A stretch of DNA of 62,967 nucleotides, filler included, from Octopus bimaculoides (GCF_001194135.2; 6 parts of 6 records of this genome joined end to end with filler, not necessarily neighbours in it), one strand, 5' to 3'; shown: positions 42,454-56,663, counted from the first letter of the whole stretch. Notes: generated by a model from the sequence alone, not told the origin. Translations and numbers: made by a program.

Positions 42454-43315
42454 TAGAGAGTGAGAGACACACACACAGAGACAGAGAGAAACGTACATTG
42501 TGTTAACTTTTTTGTTCGATGACATCATTAGCAGTGCTAATAATAATGTACAATTATACAACTGGTAAAACTAGAAATTCCAAGTCTTAATACAATGTAA
42601 CAGACACTACGCTGCATTTACCCATCCTTAACATTTATATGATGTAACAAAGACAAGTAAAACCTGCCAAAACACAATTGCTATGTCAATATACAATAAA
42701 ATATATCTGGTAAGAGAAATGATTTTTATAGATTTCTTTTATAATCCTCTGGTTGCGATTTTAATACCAACTGAGAAGCTTCATGCCATATAATTTGTGA
42801 TTTTGAAGACAGGCTAACATTGGCCTTATGAACGCAAATTCATAAGCGATTCATATCAGATACATCAATGCATATATGAACAGACACATACACAAACACA
42901 CACATTCAATTTTTCACACACATATTCATTTGTTCACACATACACAAACACGTATAGGAAGAATGTTACTGTTATTTAGTCCCAAGAAAAACTGTTTCTA
43001 GTTGGCTACGCGACACAAGCGTTCTGTGACTTTAAGTTTTCAAACAGGGGAGATAAATAGCTCTACCCAGCAAGACCAACGTCCAGAGACAAGTTTCGCG
43101 GTTATAAGTATAAGATTAAAAGTATAATCATTCTCTACATGATTATACTTGTAAACTACGGTTTACACGATAAATTACCTGCCTCTTGGTACCTTCTAAC
43201 AAAGACGGTACCCACACTGGTAATCTCCAGGAGCGCCTTCAGATTTAATTATCCTTTAGTTGCTTAAACACTTCTAGCCTATTACTTGAATGTTTAAACA
43301 ATCCTAACTTATATA

Positions 43316-43346
<31 letters not shown>

Positions 43347-44122
43347 NNNNNNNNNNNNNNNNNNNNNNNNNNNNNNNNNNNNNNNNNNNNNNNNNNNNNN
43401 NNNNNNNNNNNNNNNNNNNNNNNNNNNNNNNNNNNNNNNNNNNNNNNNNNNNNNNNNNNNNNNNNNNNNNNNNNNNNNNNNNNNNNNNNNNNNNNNNNNN
43501 NNNNNNNNNNNNNNNNNNNNNNNNNNNNNNNNNNNNNNNNNNNNNNNNNNNNNNNNNNNNNNNNNNNNNNNNNNNNNNNNNNNNNNNNNNNNNNNNNNNN
43601 NNNNNNNNNNNNNNNNNNNNNNNNNNNNNNNNNNNNNNNNNNNNNNNNNNNNNNNNNNNNNNNNNNNNNNNNNNNNNNNNNNNNNNNNNNNNNNNNNNNN
43701 NNNNNNNNNNNNNNNNNNNNNNNNNNNNNNNNNNNNNNNNNNNNNNNNNNNNNNNNNNNNNNNNNNNNNNNNNNNNNNNNNNNNNNNNNNNNNNNNNNNN
43801 NNNNNNNNNNNNNNNNNNNNNNNNNNNNNNNNNNNNNNNNNNNNNNNNNNNNNNNNNNNNNNNNNNNNNNNNNNNNNNNNNNNNNNNNNNNNNNNNNNNN
43901 NNNNNNNNNNNNNNNNNNNNNNNNNNNNNNNNNNNNNNNNNNNNNNNNNNNNNNNNNNNNNNNNNNNNNNNNNNNNNNNNNNNNNNNNNNNNNNNNNNNN
44001 NNNNNNNNNNNNNNNNNNNNNNNNNNNNNNNNNNNNNNNNNNNNNNNNNNNNNNNNNNNNNNNNNNNNNNNNNNNNNNNNNNNNNNNNNNNNNNNNNNNN
44101 NNNNNNNNNNNNNNNNNNNNNN

Positions 44123-44162
<40 letters not shown>

Positions 44163-44481
44163 GTCTTTATGCAGATGCCTATGCATACATTTGTATGCAT
44201 ACAGAACTGTGTACAGATTCAGTTATGCTAATAAATACAAACTCCCGATACCAGTATAACTCTGAACTCGAAGTACAGTTTCTGTAAAAATAAAATATAC
44301 AAGTGAAAACGCATATGCACTCACACAACTGCATGCACAGACACACACACACAAACTCATGTACATACACTAACACAGAAACACTCATCTACACATACGT
44401 AGAGGAAGACATTCACAACGATACACGTTCTCGTGCAAAATATATTGTTTATAATATACATACAAGCACACACATTTGCAT

Positions 44482-44543
<62 letters not shown>

Positions 44544-44587
44544 GTGTATATGTGTATATACATGTATATGTGTATATATGTATATAG

Positions 44588-44638
<51 letters not shown>

Positions 44639-47029
44639 CATATACATATGTATGTGTGTGTGTGTGTCCATGTGTCTTTTTGTGTGGGCTTTATGCATAT
44701 ATATCTACATTAGTGTGGAATATACGTATATACATACGTAGAAACATACATTTCATTTTTATAATTTTCCCCGAAAACCATTAGCAAAAACTCTAAAAGA
44801 TATAGAATTCAAGAAATCTATTCTCTCGAGTAAAAGATGTTAAATAAAAATATCTGTTTTTCAAACATCAATGAATACTAATGTAATGTTATGTACATAT
44901 TACACATGGGGAAAACCGGTGCAATCTTTCTCCGGATACTGATAAGAAAATTAACAGACTGCCAATCAATATAATGAAAAATTTATGTCTTGTAGCTTAT
45001 TCTTCAATATTTTGATAAATATGTTTTCTAAATATTTTATCTTCTTATGTGACAATTCCAATTCTCTAAAGTGTCTTTTTAGATATTTAGTTCAGCGAAT
45101 GTCGTAAATGTAGGGGAAAATATCTTCGGTTTTGTTTCTTGTTCATTTTTTTTCAATTTCGGGATTAAGAGATGAAATATCATTATATTCCGGAAATTTG
45201 GGATGTACGGAGGAAAGGCCTTTATTCGGGAGACTAAAAGTATGTTTGCTGTAATTTTGAGACGATTTTCGAAAGTTTTCTTTGTCCGTGGTTGTGTATA
45301 AAATTTGTATATATAAATTTGTATTGTCCAGATCTATATATCGTTTTGTTTTTTTTTGTACAAAGTATCCAAGTGTATATAAATATATATTTGATCTGTG
45401 AGTTCATGTTTTGTGCAGGCATTTTATGCTTTTGGTATTACCTTATATGTATACACGCAAACAGCATACAGGCGTAAAAACAGCAGCATAATGAAGAGGA
45501 AAACAAATGGTACATACAAAAGCAACAGGGCTGCATGCTCCCGGTCTTCTAATTAATGCGTGTGCTGTTTTAAGGCGTATGTATGTGTTCTATGGTGAGG
45601 TTATTGGAGCGATTGAGCAAATTTATTATGCAAATTGGCAAGTGACATGTGTGCAAATTATGCATGGACTTAATATGGAGCACGTGTATAAGTTTCATAT
45701 TAATGTGTATTAATGTATATGTTTGCTTTAGCACGTCTGAGTATTGTGATTCAAATATTTATTGACTAGTTTATATATAAACTGAAAAGTACGATATGTA
45801 AGTATCTATGTATGTGTGCAGTATGTATGCGTGTGAACATGTGCTTCTTTCTGTGTTTATATGCTTCGATCTATATAGTTCGCGTTGATAAGCTTCGTTC
45901 TGTGAGTATNNNNNNNNNNNNNNNNNNNNNNNNNNNNNNNNNNNNNNNNNNNNNNNNNNNNNNNNNNNNNNNNNNNNNNNNNNNNNNNNNNNNNNNNNNN
46001 NNNNNNNNNNNNNNNNNNNNNNNNNNNNNNNNNNNNNNNNNNNNNNNNNNNNNNNNNNNNNNNNNNNNNNNNNNNNNNNNNNNNNNNNNNNNNNNNNNNN
46101 NNNNNNNNNNNNNNNNNNNNNNNNNNNNNNNNNNNNNNNNNNNNNNNNNNNNNNNNNNNNNNNNNNNNNNNNNNNNNNNNNNNNNNNNNNNNNNNNNNNN
46201 NNNNNNNNNNNNNNNNNNNNNNNNTGATATTGCTGTTTTGTTTCGTATGTTGAGACTTGTGTGGGAGTGTATTGTGATTTGTGTGTTTATGGAAGTATAG
46301 CGAATGTTACATGGAGCGTGTGTATTTATCATTGTGTGTATTTGTAGCTGGATAAGACAACAGGAAATCAGTCCGGCATTTATCCCGAGTATAGTAATCG
46401 TAGTTGAAGATCCAGTAATCTATTTAATGGCGACAGGGGAGTCATACCACCCCCACAAGGTCATATAGAGAGAGCCGAAGAAGGTTCTCAGCCAAAGTAC
46501 ATGCTCAAGGGCGACCACCGCTAGCCTAGACCAGATGCGATTACGTAAGTGGGCAAGTGACAAAAAATTATCAAGACTTATTTAAAGTAAAACACACCGA
46601 CAGAATATAAGTGACTGGGTGGCCAAGAATTTATCATGCTGCCAACTACTCTTAACTGAACGGAACACAGAAATTATAGAGCTCCCAATTTTCGATTTAA
46701 ATACTTTATCATTATGCTAGTAACTGGCAAAACTTTTAGGATTTCCTTAGCTGAAACAGTAACAACGCACAAATCCTTGCTAGAGATCGAGTGAAGAAAA
46801 GCAACAGTAATAAAGCATAGCTCTGCCCAAGTGGAAAATACAAGAATCCAATAACTCCACCGATGAGGTCTTATAGGATCAAAACATGACTGTTGTACTC
46901 TCTATTCTTTTACTTTATTCTTGTTCTTTTTTCATTATTCATTTTCTTTGCATCACTTATTTCACTGATTGAACTACCACTATGCCGGAGCATCACCATG
47001 AAAGGTTTCGTCGTACATATACAGCTCTA

Positions 47030-47167
47030 TACATATAATTTTGCAAAATCTGGTACATATTTTAACGGTCTCCTTTGCCAAACCATTAGGGCATGCGAAC
47101 GTAAATACAAACCCAGAAAGCTTGTCAAACGGTAAGGAGTACCAACTGACAGACGCACAGAAATATA

Positions 47168-47239
<72 letters not shown>

Positions 47240-47425
47240 TACACACACACACCTCACACATACACATACGCGCGCACACGCCTAAATATATACATATGTG
47301 TTTGTGTAGCGAACGGGCTTCCACGTGGATGTCATTGGTACACGTCTCTTCCCCTAGATCCCAAATACTTGGACTCAGTCCGGAAAGCGAGCTTCTTAAC
47401 AAGACAGCTATGGTTGAGCCTAGTT
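47030..47425 (-). mobile_element. Old, diverged family-B SINE
   Basis: Decayed head (tagctgtcttgttaagaagctcgc), gaagcccgt junction and decayed body; its middle is near-identical to 52929-53177. Confidence 0.6.
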
Positions 47426-47591
47426 GAAATTAACGACAACAATTCTCAATCATCTACTTAGGCTTTACATTTTTCTTTTTTTTTTTCTTTTACTTGGTTA
47501 ACTAATCTAAATTGATTTATTCAATTTGATTGATATTTTCATGTTTTAAGCATTACTAGCAATATTTGCCTACTTATTGCACCCATTATCG

Positions 47592-47982
47592 TGGATGCGC
47601 AATGGCCCAGTGGTTAGGGCAGCGGACTCGCGGTCATAAGATCGCGGTTTCCATTCCCAGACCGGGCGTTGTGAGTGTTTATTGAGGGAAAATACCTAAA
47701 GCTCCACGAGGCTCCGGCAGGGGGTTGTGGCGAACCCTGCTGTACTCTTTCATCACAACTTTCTCTCACTCTTACTTCCTGTTTCTGTTGTGCCTGTATT
47801 TCAAAGGGCCAGCCTTGTCACACTCTGTGTCACGCTGAATTTCCCCCCGAGAACTACGTTAAGGGTACACGTGTGTGTGGAGTGCTCAGCCACTTGCACG
47901 TTAATTTCACGAGCAGGCTGTTCCGTTGATCGGATTGACTGGAACCCTCGTCGTAGTAACCGACGGAATGCCAACCAGTCAA
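47592..47982 (+). mobile_element. SINE family A, full length with TSD
   Basis: A box tggcccagtgg, B box ggtttccattcc; exact 13-bp TSD GCACCCATTATCG at 47579-47591 and 47983-47995. Confidence 0.92.
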
Positions 47983-49794
47983 GCACCCATTATCGCAGTA
48001 AACTATTTTTCTTCAATTCATTATATTACTTACGTGTGACCCTGATATATAAATATTTAACCATTATTCATAGATAACTTGATATCTATTACCATTGCTA
48101 TTTGTACAATCGTTTACAATTGTAATTATATATTCATTGATTTTTTTTTTGGGTTGTGTTCAGAAAAGAAAGATACAAAACGAAGAGATAATAATGTTTA
48201 TTATTTCTTCGTTTTTCATTTTCTTTTTTTCTAGTTCTTCTGTAGCATTTTATTTCGTGTTTTCCTTACATTGTTTCATTTTATTTCTTTGTTTTGCATC
48301 ACTTATCATGCAATGTGTATTTGCTTACATGGCAACGGTATTACATAACTGAATAATGGTCAGAACACCTTATATATCCTTGTTTGCAATAACTGTATTA
48401 CCTACAAAATACACACACACACACACATGTGTACAGAAGCATATATACGAAATGGATTCCAGAAGGTTGACACGTTTCTAGGAGAGGTAGTTATAACTAG
48501 ATTATTGTAATTTTAGTAAATAATATACATCTAAGAAGCTGGCCTACCAGCATTTTTATTGAAGATTCAAAGGAANNNNNNNNNNNNNNNNNNNNNNNNN
48601 NNNNNNNNNNNNNNNNNNNNNNNNNNNNNNNNNNNNNNNNNNNNNNNNNNNNNNNNNNNNNNNNNNNNNNNNNNNNNNNNNNNNNNNNNNNNNNNNNNNN
48701 NNNNNNNNNNNNNNNNNNNNNNNNNNNNNNNNNNNNNNNNNNNNNNNNNNNNNNNNNNNNNNNNNNNNNNNNNNNNNNNNNNNNNNNNNNNNNNNNNNNN
48801 NNNNNNNNNNNNNNNNNNNNNNNNNNNNNNNNNNNNNNNNNNNNNNNNNNNNNNNNNNNNNNNNNNNNNNNNNNNNNNNNNNNNNNNNNNNNNNNNNNNN
48901 NNNNNNNNNNNNNNNNNNNNNNNNNNNNNNNNNNNNNNNNNNNNNNNNNNNNNNNNNNNNNNNNNNNNNNNNNNNNNNNNNNNNNNNNNNNNNNNNNNNN
49001 NNNNNNNNNNNNNNNNNNNNNNNNNNNNNNNNNNNNNNNNNNNNNNNNNNNNNNNNNNNNNNNNNNNNNNNNNNNNNNNNNNNNNNNNNNNNNNNNNNNN
49101 NNNNNNNNNNNNNNNNNNNNNNNNNNNNNNNNNNNNNNNNNNNNNNNNNNNNNNNNNNNNNNNNNNNNNNNNNNNNNNNNNNNNNNNNNNNNNNNNNNNN
49201 NNNNNNNNNNNNNNNNNATATATATATATATATATATATACATGAATATAATTAAAGGATAAAATATATTGAAATATATTGAAATTTTTTTCAGTGGCTA
49301 ACGTACACAATAGACCAATTTAGGTAAGTTAATATATAGAGATTTATAATAGTATAAAATACAATTATAATTAAGGGCGCAACGGCTTCTGTACCTATAT
49401 GTTGAAGATACACACTAAATCCGTCTAACCACTCCAAATGATCACTTTATACGTTCCACACGTTGAAAGCAAGTAAGTAGACTTACAGAAAATCATAACA
49501 TAATTCAGAGTGTTTTGCAGTAGCCAATTTCTGGATTGGTATGATAACTTTTCCTTCATCATCAAAACATACTGAGAGACATATATGAAATATTTACACA
49601 TACCTATAGACAAAACACATGCAAAACTGCGTATTCGATGCGTATATATCACAAATACATACACATCGAGTTTAGTCCGAAGCAACACGTGTGTGCTTGG
49701 TCAGAATAGTACGGAAGTGATTAAACTCTGTGATTTAATTTATTGACTTCTGTCAGTCTACTTTCTCGCTTTCAGCATTTGTAAATTATAAAGA

Positions 49795-50085
49795 GTGGAG
49801 ACGCAATGGCCTAGTGGTTAGGACAGCGGACTCGCGGTCATAGGATCGCGCTTTCCATTCCCAGACAGGGCGTTGTGAGTGTTTATTGAGCGAAAACAGC
49901 TAAAGCTCCACGAGGCTCCGGCAGGGGATGGTGGCGAACCCTGCTGTACTCTTCCACCACAACTTTCTCTCTTTATTCCTGTTTCTGTTGTACCTGTAAT
50001 TCAAAGGGCCAGCCTTGTCACACTGTGCCACGCTGAATCTTCCCGAGAACTACGTTAAGGGTACACGTGTCTGTGGAGTGCTCAG
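49795..50085 (+). mobile_element. SINE family A, 3' end lost in gap
   Basis: High identity to the 47592 copy from the head to ggagtgctcag. Confidence 0.88.
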
Positions 50086-50359
50086 NNNNNNNNNNNNNNN
50101 NNNNNNNNNNNNNNNNNNNNNNNNNNNNNNNNNNNNNNNNNNNNNNNNNNNNNNNNNNNNNNNNNNNNNNNNNNNNNNNNNNNNNNNNNNNNNNNNNNNN
50201 NNNNNNNNNNNNNNNNNNNNNNNNNNNNNNNNNNNNNNNNNNNNNNNNNNNNNNNNNNNNNNNNNNNNNNNNNNNNNNNNNNNNNNNNNNNNNNNNNNNN
50301 NNNNNNNNNNNNNNNNNNNNNNNNNNNNNNNNNNNNNNNNNNNNNNNNNNNNNNNNNNN

Positions 50360-50400
<41 letters not shown>

Positions 50401-51435
50401 GTGTATGTGTGTGTGTTTCTGTGTGTTTGCATGTGTTTCTCTGTGTGTGTGTATGTGTGCGTGCAAAGACACATAAGCTTATATTTACATGAATTCATTT
50501 GTGTATATATGGAGGAAATGGGACCAAACATTTTAGTGTTATATCTATTATAGACCCAATTTCCAATGAGTCACATAGATAAATATACGCCTCACCGACA
50601 CATTGGCAGCGCACACCAGAGTCAATTTCCCAACACCGCAACGTGTGGCGCCACAAATATCCCTGGCACGTAAGTGAATACTCTCAAATTCTCATTATCG
50701 CACCATCTTTAACCAAATCAGAGGTATAAAGAATAATTTAGTGAAGAAGATATATATACATATATATGAGTATATATACATGAAGATATGAATATCTATC
50801 GATCACACAGACATACACCCCCGCACGCGCACATCCAATCGCACACATACACGCATATATATATANNNNNNNNNNNNNNNNNNNNNNNNNNNNNNNNNNN
50901 NNNNNNNNNNNNNNNNNNNNNNNNNNNNNNNNNNNNNNNNNNNNNNNNNNNNNNNNNNNNNNNNNNNNNNNNNNNNNNNNNNNNNNNNNNNNNNNNNNNN
51001 NNNNNNNNNNNNNNNNNNNNNNNNNNNNNNNNNNNNNNNNNNNNNNNNNNNNNNNNNNNNNNNNNNNNNNNNNNNNNNNNNNNNNNNNNNNNNNNNNNNN
51101 NNNNNNNNNNNNNNNNNNNNNNNNNNNNNNNNNNNNNNNNNNNNNNNNNNNNNNNNNNNNNNNNNNNNNNNNNNNNNNNNNNNNNNNNNNNNNNNNNNNN
51201 NNNNNNNNNNNNNNNNNNNNNNNNNNNNNNNNNNNNNNNNNNNNNNNNNNNNNNNNNNNNNNNNNNNNNNNNNNNNNNNNNNNNNNNNNNNNNNNNNNNN
51301 NNNNNNNNNNNNNNNNNNNNNNNNNNNNNNNNNNNNNNNNNNNNNNNNNNNNNNNNNNNNNNNNNNNNNNNNNNNNNNNNNNNNNNNNNNNNNNNNNNNN
51401 NNNNNNNNNNNNNNNNNNNNNNNNNNNNNNNNNNA

Positions 51436-51741
51436 GTGTTTATTGAGCGAAAACACCTAAAGCTCCACGAGGCTCCGGCAGGGGATGGTGGCGAACCCTG
51501 CTGTACTCTTTCACCACAACTTTCTCTCACTCTTACTTCCTGTTTCTGTTGTTCCTGTAATTCAAAGGGTCAGCCTTGTCACACTCTGTGTCAAGCTGAA
51601 TATCCCCGAGAACTACGTTAAAGGTACACGTGTTTGTGGAGTGCTCAGCCACTTGCACGTTAATTTCACGAGCAGGCTGTTCCGTTGATCAGATCAACTA
51701 AAACCCTCGTCGTCGTAAGCGACGGAGTGCCAACAACAACA
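51436..51741 (+). mobile_element. SINE family A, 5' end lost in gap
   Basis: High identity to the 47592 copy from agtgtttattgag to gacggagtgccaac. Confidence 0.88.
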
Positions 51742-52709
51742 GTAAATTTTAGTTCACATTGTGCCAATTATTTTACTTCTATGGAATGTAATACTTAGGA
51801 CAATGGTGTTTTTCACACTTACGCAGATGACATATATAAAACTTCTGACACCTAGAAATGCAGTCTTTGTGTAAAGAGGGTGGAAAATGTAACCCCTTGG
51901 TAAGTGGATGAGAGAGCCTTGCACAGAAATAATACAAGCGCCCCCACGATAAAGTGTGTGTGTGTATCTTCATTGGCTCTTATGCCGTAAATACCAACAT
52001 GATATGACAGAGAACTGGCATGTGCGTGTACCAAGTAAAGTTATGCAGAAGGATGGAAAAGTAACTATACACTGGCACTGTGATTTTCAGACGGATCGTG
52101 TAATCGAAAACCGTCGGCCAATGATGGGTAGTTGCTTGGTCTACATCAGCATTTAGACTGTTTCTACTATTGTAGGTGCTCTAAGTATGATAAAAATGGG
52201 ATGTCAGTAAGGTCTAGATTAACATCGCAGGAGAACAACCTGTCAGTGAAAAGCAAAACATTCTGCTGACAGTTACTTCTCACATCCATACAAAACCCCC
52301 TATCAATTTAAAGGTTTGTTTTAATATTACATGAAGATATTTCACTATTGTTCCTGCCACTTACCCTCCCCAAGCTTTCAGTCATACTATAACATATTTT
52401 ATCCTTCACTCGCCCTAGGACGCTGGGTGTTTCTCGGCAAGTGAATGTAACAAACATGTTCCTCCGTCGTTGTCCAGGATGACCAGGAGAGTACATGAGT
52501 AGAAAATCCGTTTCTGTACGTCTAGCTGGAGCACTAACAATAAATGCAAGGCTTAATTAGGAACATAGGAAAATAGGGTCCTGTACCTTGAACACTGTTG
52601 ATACTAAATATGTAGTATTACTAATACTTGCAAGGTACATCTATCTGCAAAATATAGACTGTAAGGTGAATAGCGAAATGATATACGGTGGATAAATACA
52701 TTTCTTCAT

Positions 52710-53330
52710 TATTCTTTTACTTCTTTCAGTCATTTGACAGCGGCCATGCTGGAGCACCGCCTTTGTAGTCGAGAAATTCGACCCCAGGACTTATTCTTTG
52801 TAAGCCTAGTATTTATTCTATCGGGCTCTTATTGCCGAACCGCTAAGTTACGGGGACGCAAACACACCAACATCGGTCGTCAGGCGAAGCTGGGGAGACA
52901 AACACAGACACAAACATATACACACACATACATATAATTTTGAAAAATCTGGTACATATTTTAACGGTCTCCTTTGCCAAACCATTAGGGCATGCGAACG
53001 TAAATACAAACCCAGAAAGCTTGTCAAGCAGTAAGGAGTACCAACTGACAGACGCACAGAAATACACTCTCTCTCTTTCTCTCTCTCTCTCACACATACA
53101 CACACTCACCTCACACATACACATACGCGCGCACACGCCTAAATATATACATATGTGTTTGTGTAGCGAACGGGCTTCTTTCAGTTTCCGTCTACCAAAT
53201 CCACTCACAAGGCTTTGGTCGGCCCGAGGCTATAGTAGAAGACACTTGCCGAAGGTGCCATGCAGTGGGACTGAACCCAGAACCATGTGGTTGGTAAGCA
53301 AGCTACTTACCACACAGCCACTCCTGCGCC
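52710..53330 (-). mobile_element. SINE family B carrying a captured internal segment
   Basis: Intact head (53170-53330) and tail (52710-52925) separated by a copy of 47030-47320. Confidence 0.85.
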
Positions 53331-53413
53331 TTATGTATATTTAATTATATTTATCCATCGATCTTTGTAGCTATCGAACTGTCTCTCATTTTGTTTATTT
53401 CTTTCTCTCCCTT

Positions 53414-53492
<79 letters not shown>

Positions 53493-53687
53493 NNNNNNNN
53501 NNNNNNNNNNNNNNNNNNNNNNNNNNNNNNNNNNNNNNNNNNNNNNNNNNNNNNNNNNNNNNNNNNNNNNNNNNNNNNNNNNNNNNNNNNNNNNNNNNNN
53601 NNNNNNNNNNNNNNNNNNNNNNNNNNNNNNNNNNNNNNNNNNNNNNNNNNNNNNNNNNNNNNNNNNNNNNNNNNNNNNNNNNNNNNN

Positions 53688-53728
<41 letters not shown>

Positions 53729-54319
53729 ACATACATAAATATATAATGCTGAATACAACGTTACACATAATCCACTTTATTCATATAGTAGTAATTAATG
53801 TTTATGAATGTGTGCACGCGGACATATGTGCATATGTGCACATATAGGTGCTTAGTGACCAAATCTCAAAGTAAGACGTAAATGAAGTCCCGGTTTATAA
53901 TGAATCACGTAGCCAATCGTATTCCGCTCCGACATATTGGCAACATACAACGGGGATTGTTTGGCAACTCAACATGATGCGTCGCCACATGTATCCGTCA
54001 CATATTCTAATATATTCAATTTAGTCTGCTATCTGTCTTTATCAGAGTTATGAAATCTGTCTCAGATATGTATTAAAACTAACGAATGTATATACCTACT
54101 TATATATGCGTGTGACTGTCCGTGTAGGCAGACTTGTGTGCGCGGATGTGTGTATGTATGTATGCATACATTCATATATATATAAATAAATATATGCATG
54201 TGTATATATATATATATATNNNNNNNNNNNNNNNNNNNNNNNNNNNNNNNNNNNNNNNNNNNNTTAATTAATTAANNNNNNNNNNNNNNNNNNNNNNNNN
54301 NNNNNNNNNNNNNNNNNNN

Positions 54320-54571
54320 GTCGAACAAATCGACCCCAGGACTTATTCTTTGTAAGCCTATTACTTATTGTATCGATCTGTATTTGCACACCAGCATCGG
54401 TTGTCAAGCGATGGGGGGGTGGAACAAACACTGTCACACAAACATACAGACATAAATATATATATACGACGGGCTTCTTTCAGTTTCCATCTACCAAATC
54501 CTCTCACAAGACTTTGGTCGGCTCGAGGCTACAGCAAAAGGGAATTGCCCCAGGTGCCACGTTGTCGGACT
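54320..54571 (-). mobile_element. SINE family B, truncated
   Basis: Body matches family B; the head breaks off at cggact. Confidence 0.8.
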
Positions 54572-54634
54572 ATATATGTATATATAGCTAAGACTTACTG
54601 TATAAAGGTTAACGCGTGCGTTCTGTTGTGATAC

Positions 54635-55344
54635 AAACAATATATGAGTATATGCATATATATGTACATGTATGTACATACCTTCATCTACATGTACATA
54701 TAGATACATAACTGGGTACATGACGTGGCAAAAGAACATGGACAAAATGATAAACAAGGTACAACAAACAAGCAAGCCACATAGAAACATCTCCTTCATC
54801 AGCTGGCGTTTTAATGGTGGCAGCTGATGAAGGAGATGTTTCTATGTGGCTTGCTTGTTTGTTGTACCTTGTTTATCATTTTGTCCATGTTCTTTTGCCA
54901 CGTCATGTACCCAGCTATGTATCTATATGTACATGTAGATGAAGGTATGTACATACATGTACATATATATGCATANNNNNNNNNNACAAACAATATATGA
55001 GTATATGCATATATATGTACATGTATGTACATACCTTCATCTACATGTACATATAGATACATAACTGGGTACATGACGTGGCAAAAGAACATGGACAAAA
55101 TGATAAACAAGGTACAACAAACAAGCAAGCCACATAGAAACATCTCCTTCATCAGCTGGCGTTTTAATGGTGGCAGCTGATGAAGGAGATGTTTCTATGT
55201 GGCTTGCTTGTTTGTTGTACCTTGTTTATCATTTTGTCCATGTTCTTTTGCCACGTCATGTACCCAGCTATGTATCTATATGTACATGTAGATGAAGGTA
55301 TGTACATACATGTACATATATATGCATATACTCATATATTGTTT
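54635..55344. repeat. 357-bp near-perfect palindrome, assembled twice
   Basis: Arms of 171 bp (54988-55158, 55174-55344) around a 15-nt loop, one mismatch; an earlier copy at 54635-54975 is cut by a 10-N gap. Confidence 0.92.
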
Positions 55345-55456
55345 ATATATATATATACATATATATATACATACACATACATAACATAAAACTCTCACTT
55401 TCTCTGTCTGTCTGTCTGTCTGTCTCTGTCTCTCTTTCTCTCTCTTTCTCTCTCTC

Positions 55457-55640
55457 TTCAGTCATTTTGATTGCGGCCATGCTGGAGCACCGCCTTTAGT
55501 CGAAGAAATTGACCCCAGGACATATTCTTCATAAGGATAGTACTTATTTTATCGGACTCTTTGGCCGAACCGCTAAGTAACGGGGACGTAAACACACCAA
55601 CATCGATTGTCAAGCGATGGTGGGCAGCGGACAAACACAG

Positions 55641-55650
<10 letters not shown>
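55457..55650 (-). mobile_element. SINE family B, 3' half
   Basis: ttcagtcattttgattgcggccatgctggagcaccgcc...ttgtcaagcgatgg; a decayed 5' half appears at about 55930-56075. Confidence 0.8.
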
Positions 55651-55682
<32 letters not shown>

Positions 55683-56311
55683 ACACATACACATACAAAC
55701 ACACACACACACACACACATATACAGTGGCAGTGGTAGTCGTGATGGTGGTAGTAGCGTTGGATGGCGGATCTCCGTCGTTCAACGTTATTCAGTCGATC
55801 AATCTACTGAATTACCTGCCCCTGAATTAAAACGGATTGAATGACCATCCCACATACGAGCGTACCCCTCTGGCAGAATCGGCATGACAGTCTGTATTAA
55901 GGCAGTATATTTTGAATTACTTCTGCTATCCACCCGACAGGCTTTTACGAAGTTTCCGTCCACCAATTTTCATTTACAAGCTATGGCTTGACCCGAGGCT
56001 ATAGAATGTGACATTAGCACAAAATGCCCCGTTGGGGCTTGAGGCACAATTTGGTTGAATGTTTGCAGATGTGATGTACCTGCATGTGTGCTTGTACACA
56101 CACATTTATGTATGTATGTATGTATGTATGTATGTATGTATGTACACACACACGCACACACACACATATATATATATATGTGTATATATGTGTATGAGTG
56201 TGCGTGTGTGTATACATAAATATTCATATATATACACATGTATATATATATATATGTATATGTATCCATACATGCATGGATGTGTGTATATGTATATATA
56301 CATACATACAT

Positions 56312-56363
<52 letters not shown>

Positions 56364-56443
56364 NNNNNNNNNNNNNNNNNNNNNNNNNNNNNNNNNNNNN
56401 NNNNNNNNNNNNNNNNNNNNNNNNNNNNNNNNNNNNNNNNNNN

Positions 56444-56495
<52 letters not shown>

Positions 56496-56626
56496 TATTA
56501 TTATGCACATAGTCATCACATACTAATGCATGTGTGGACAGACACTGCACATCGATATACACATACATACACAGTCGGTCACACACACATGCACACATAC
56601 ACACGCACACACACATAGACACAAAT

Positions 56627-56663
<37 letters not shown>

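Noticed and set aside
47592-47665. tRNA-like heads as tRNA genes (also at 21.4, 42.3, 49.8 and 53.3 kb)
   Set aside because: They have A and B boxes but no complete acceptor stem and continue into SINE bodies.
54635-54985. Tandem duplication of the palindrome
   Set aside because: Identical copy separated by a 10-N gap; probably an unmerged contig overlap caused by the palindrome.
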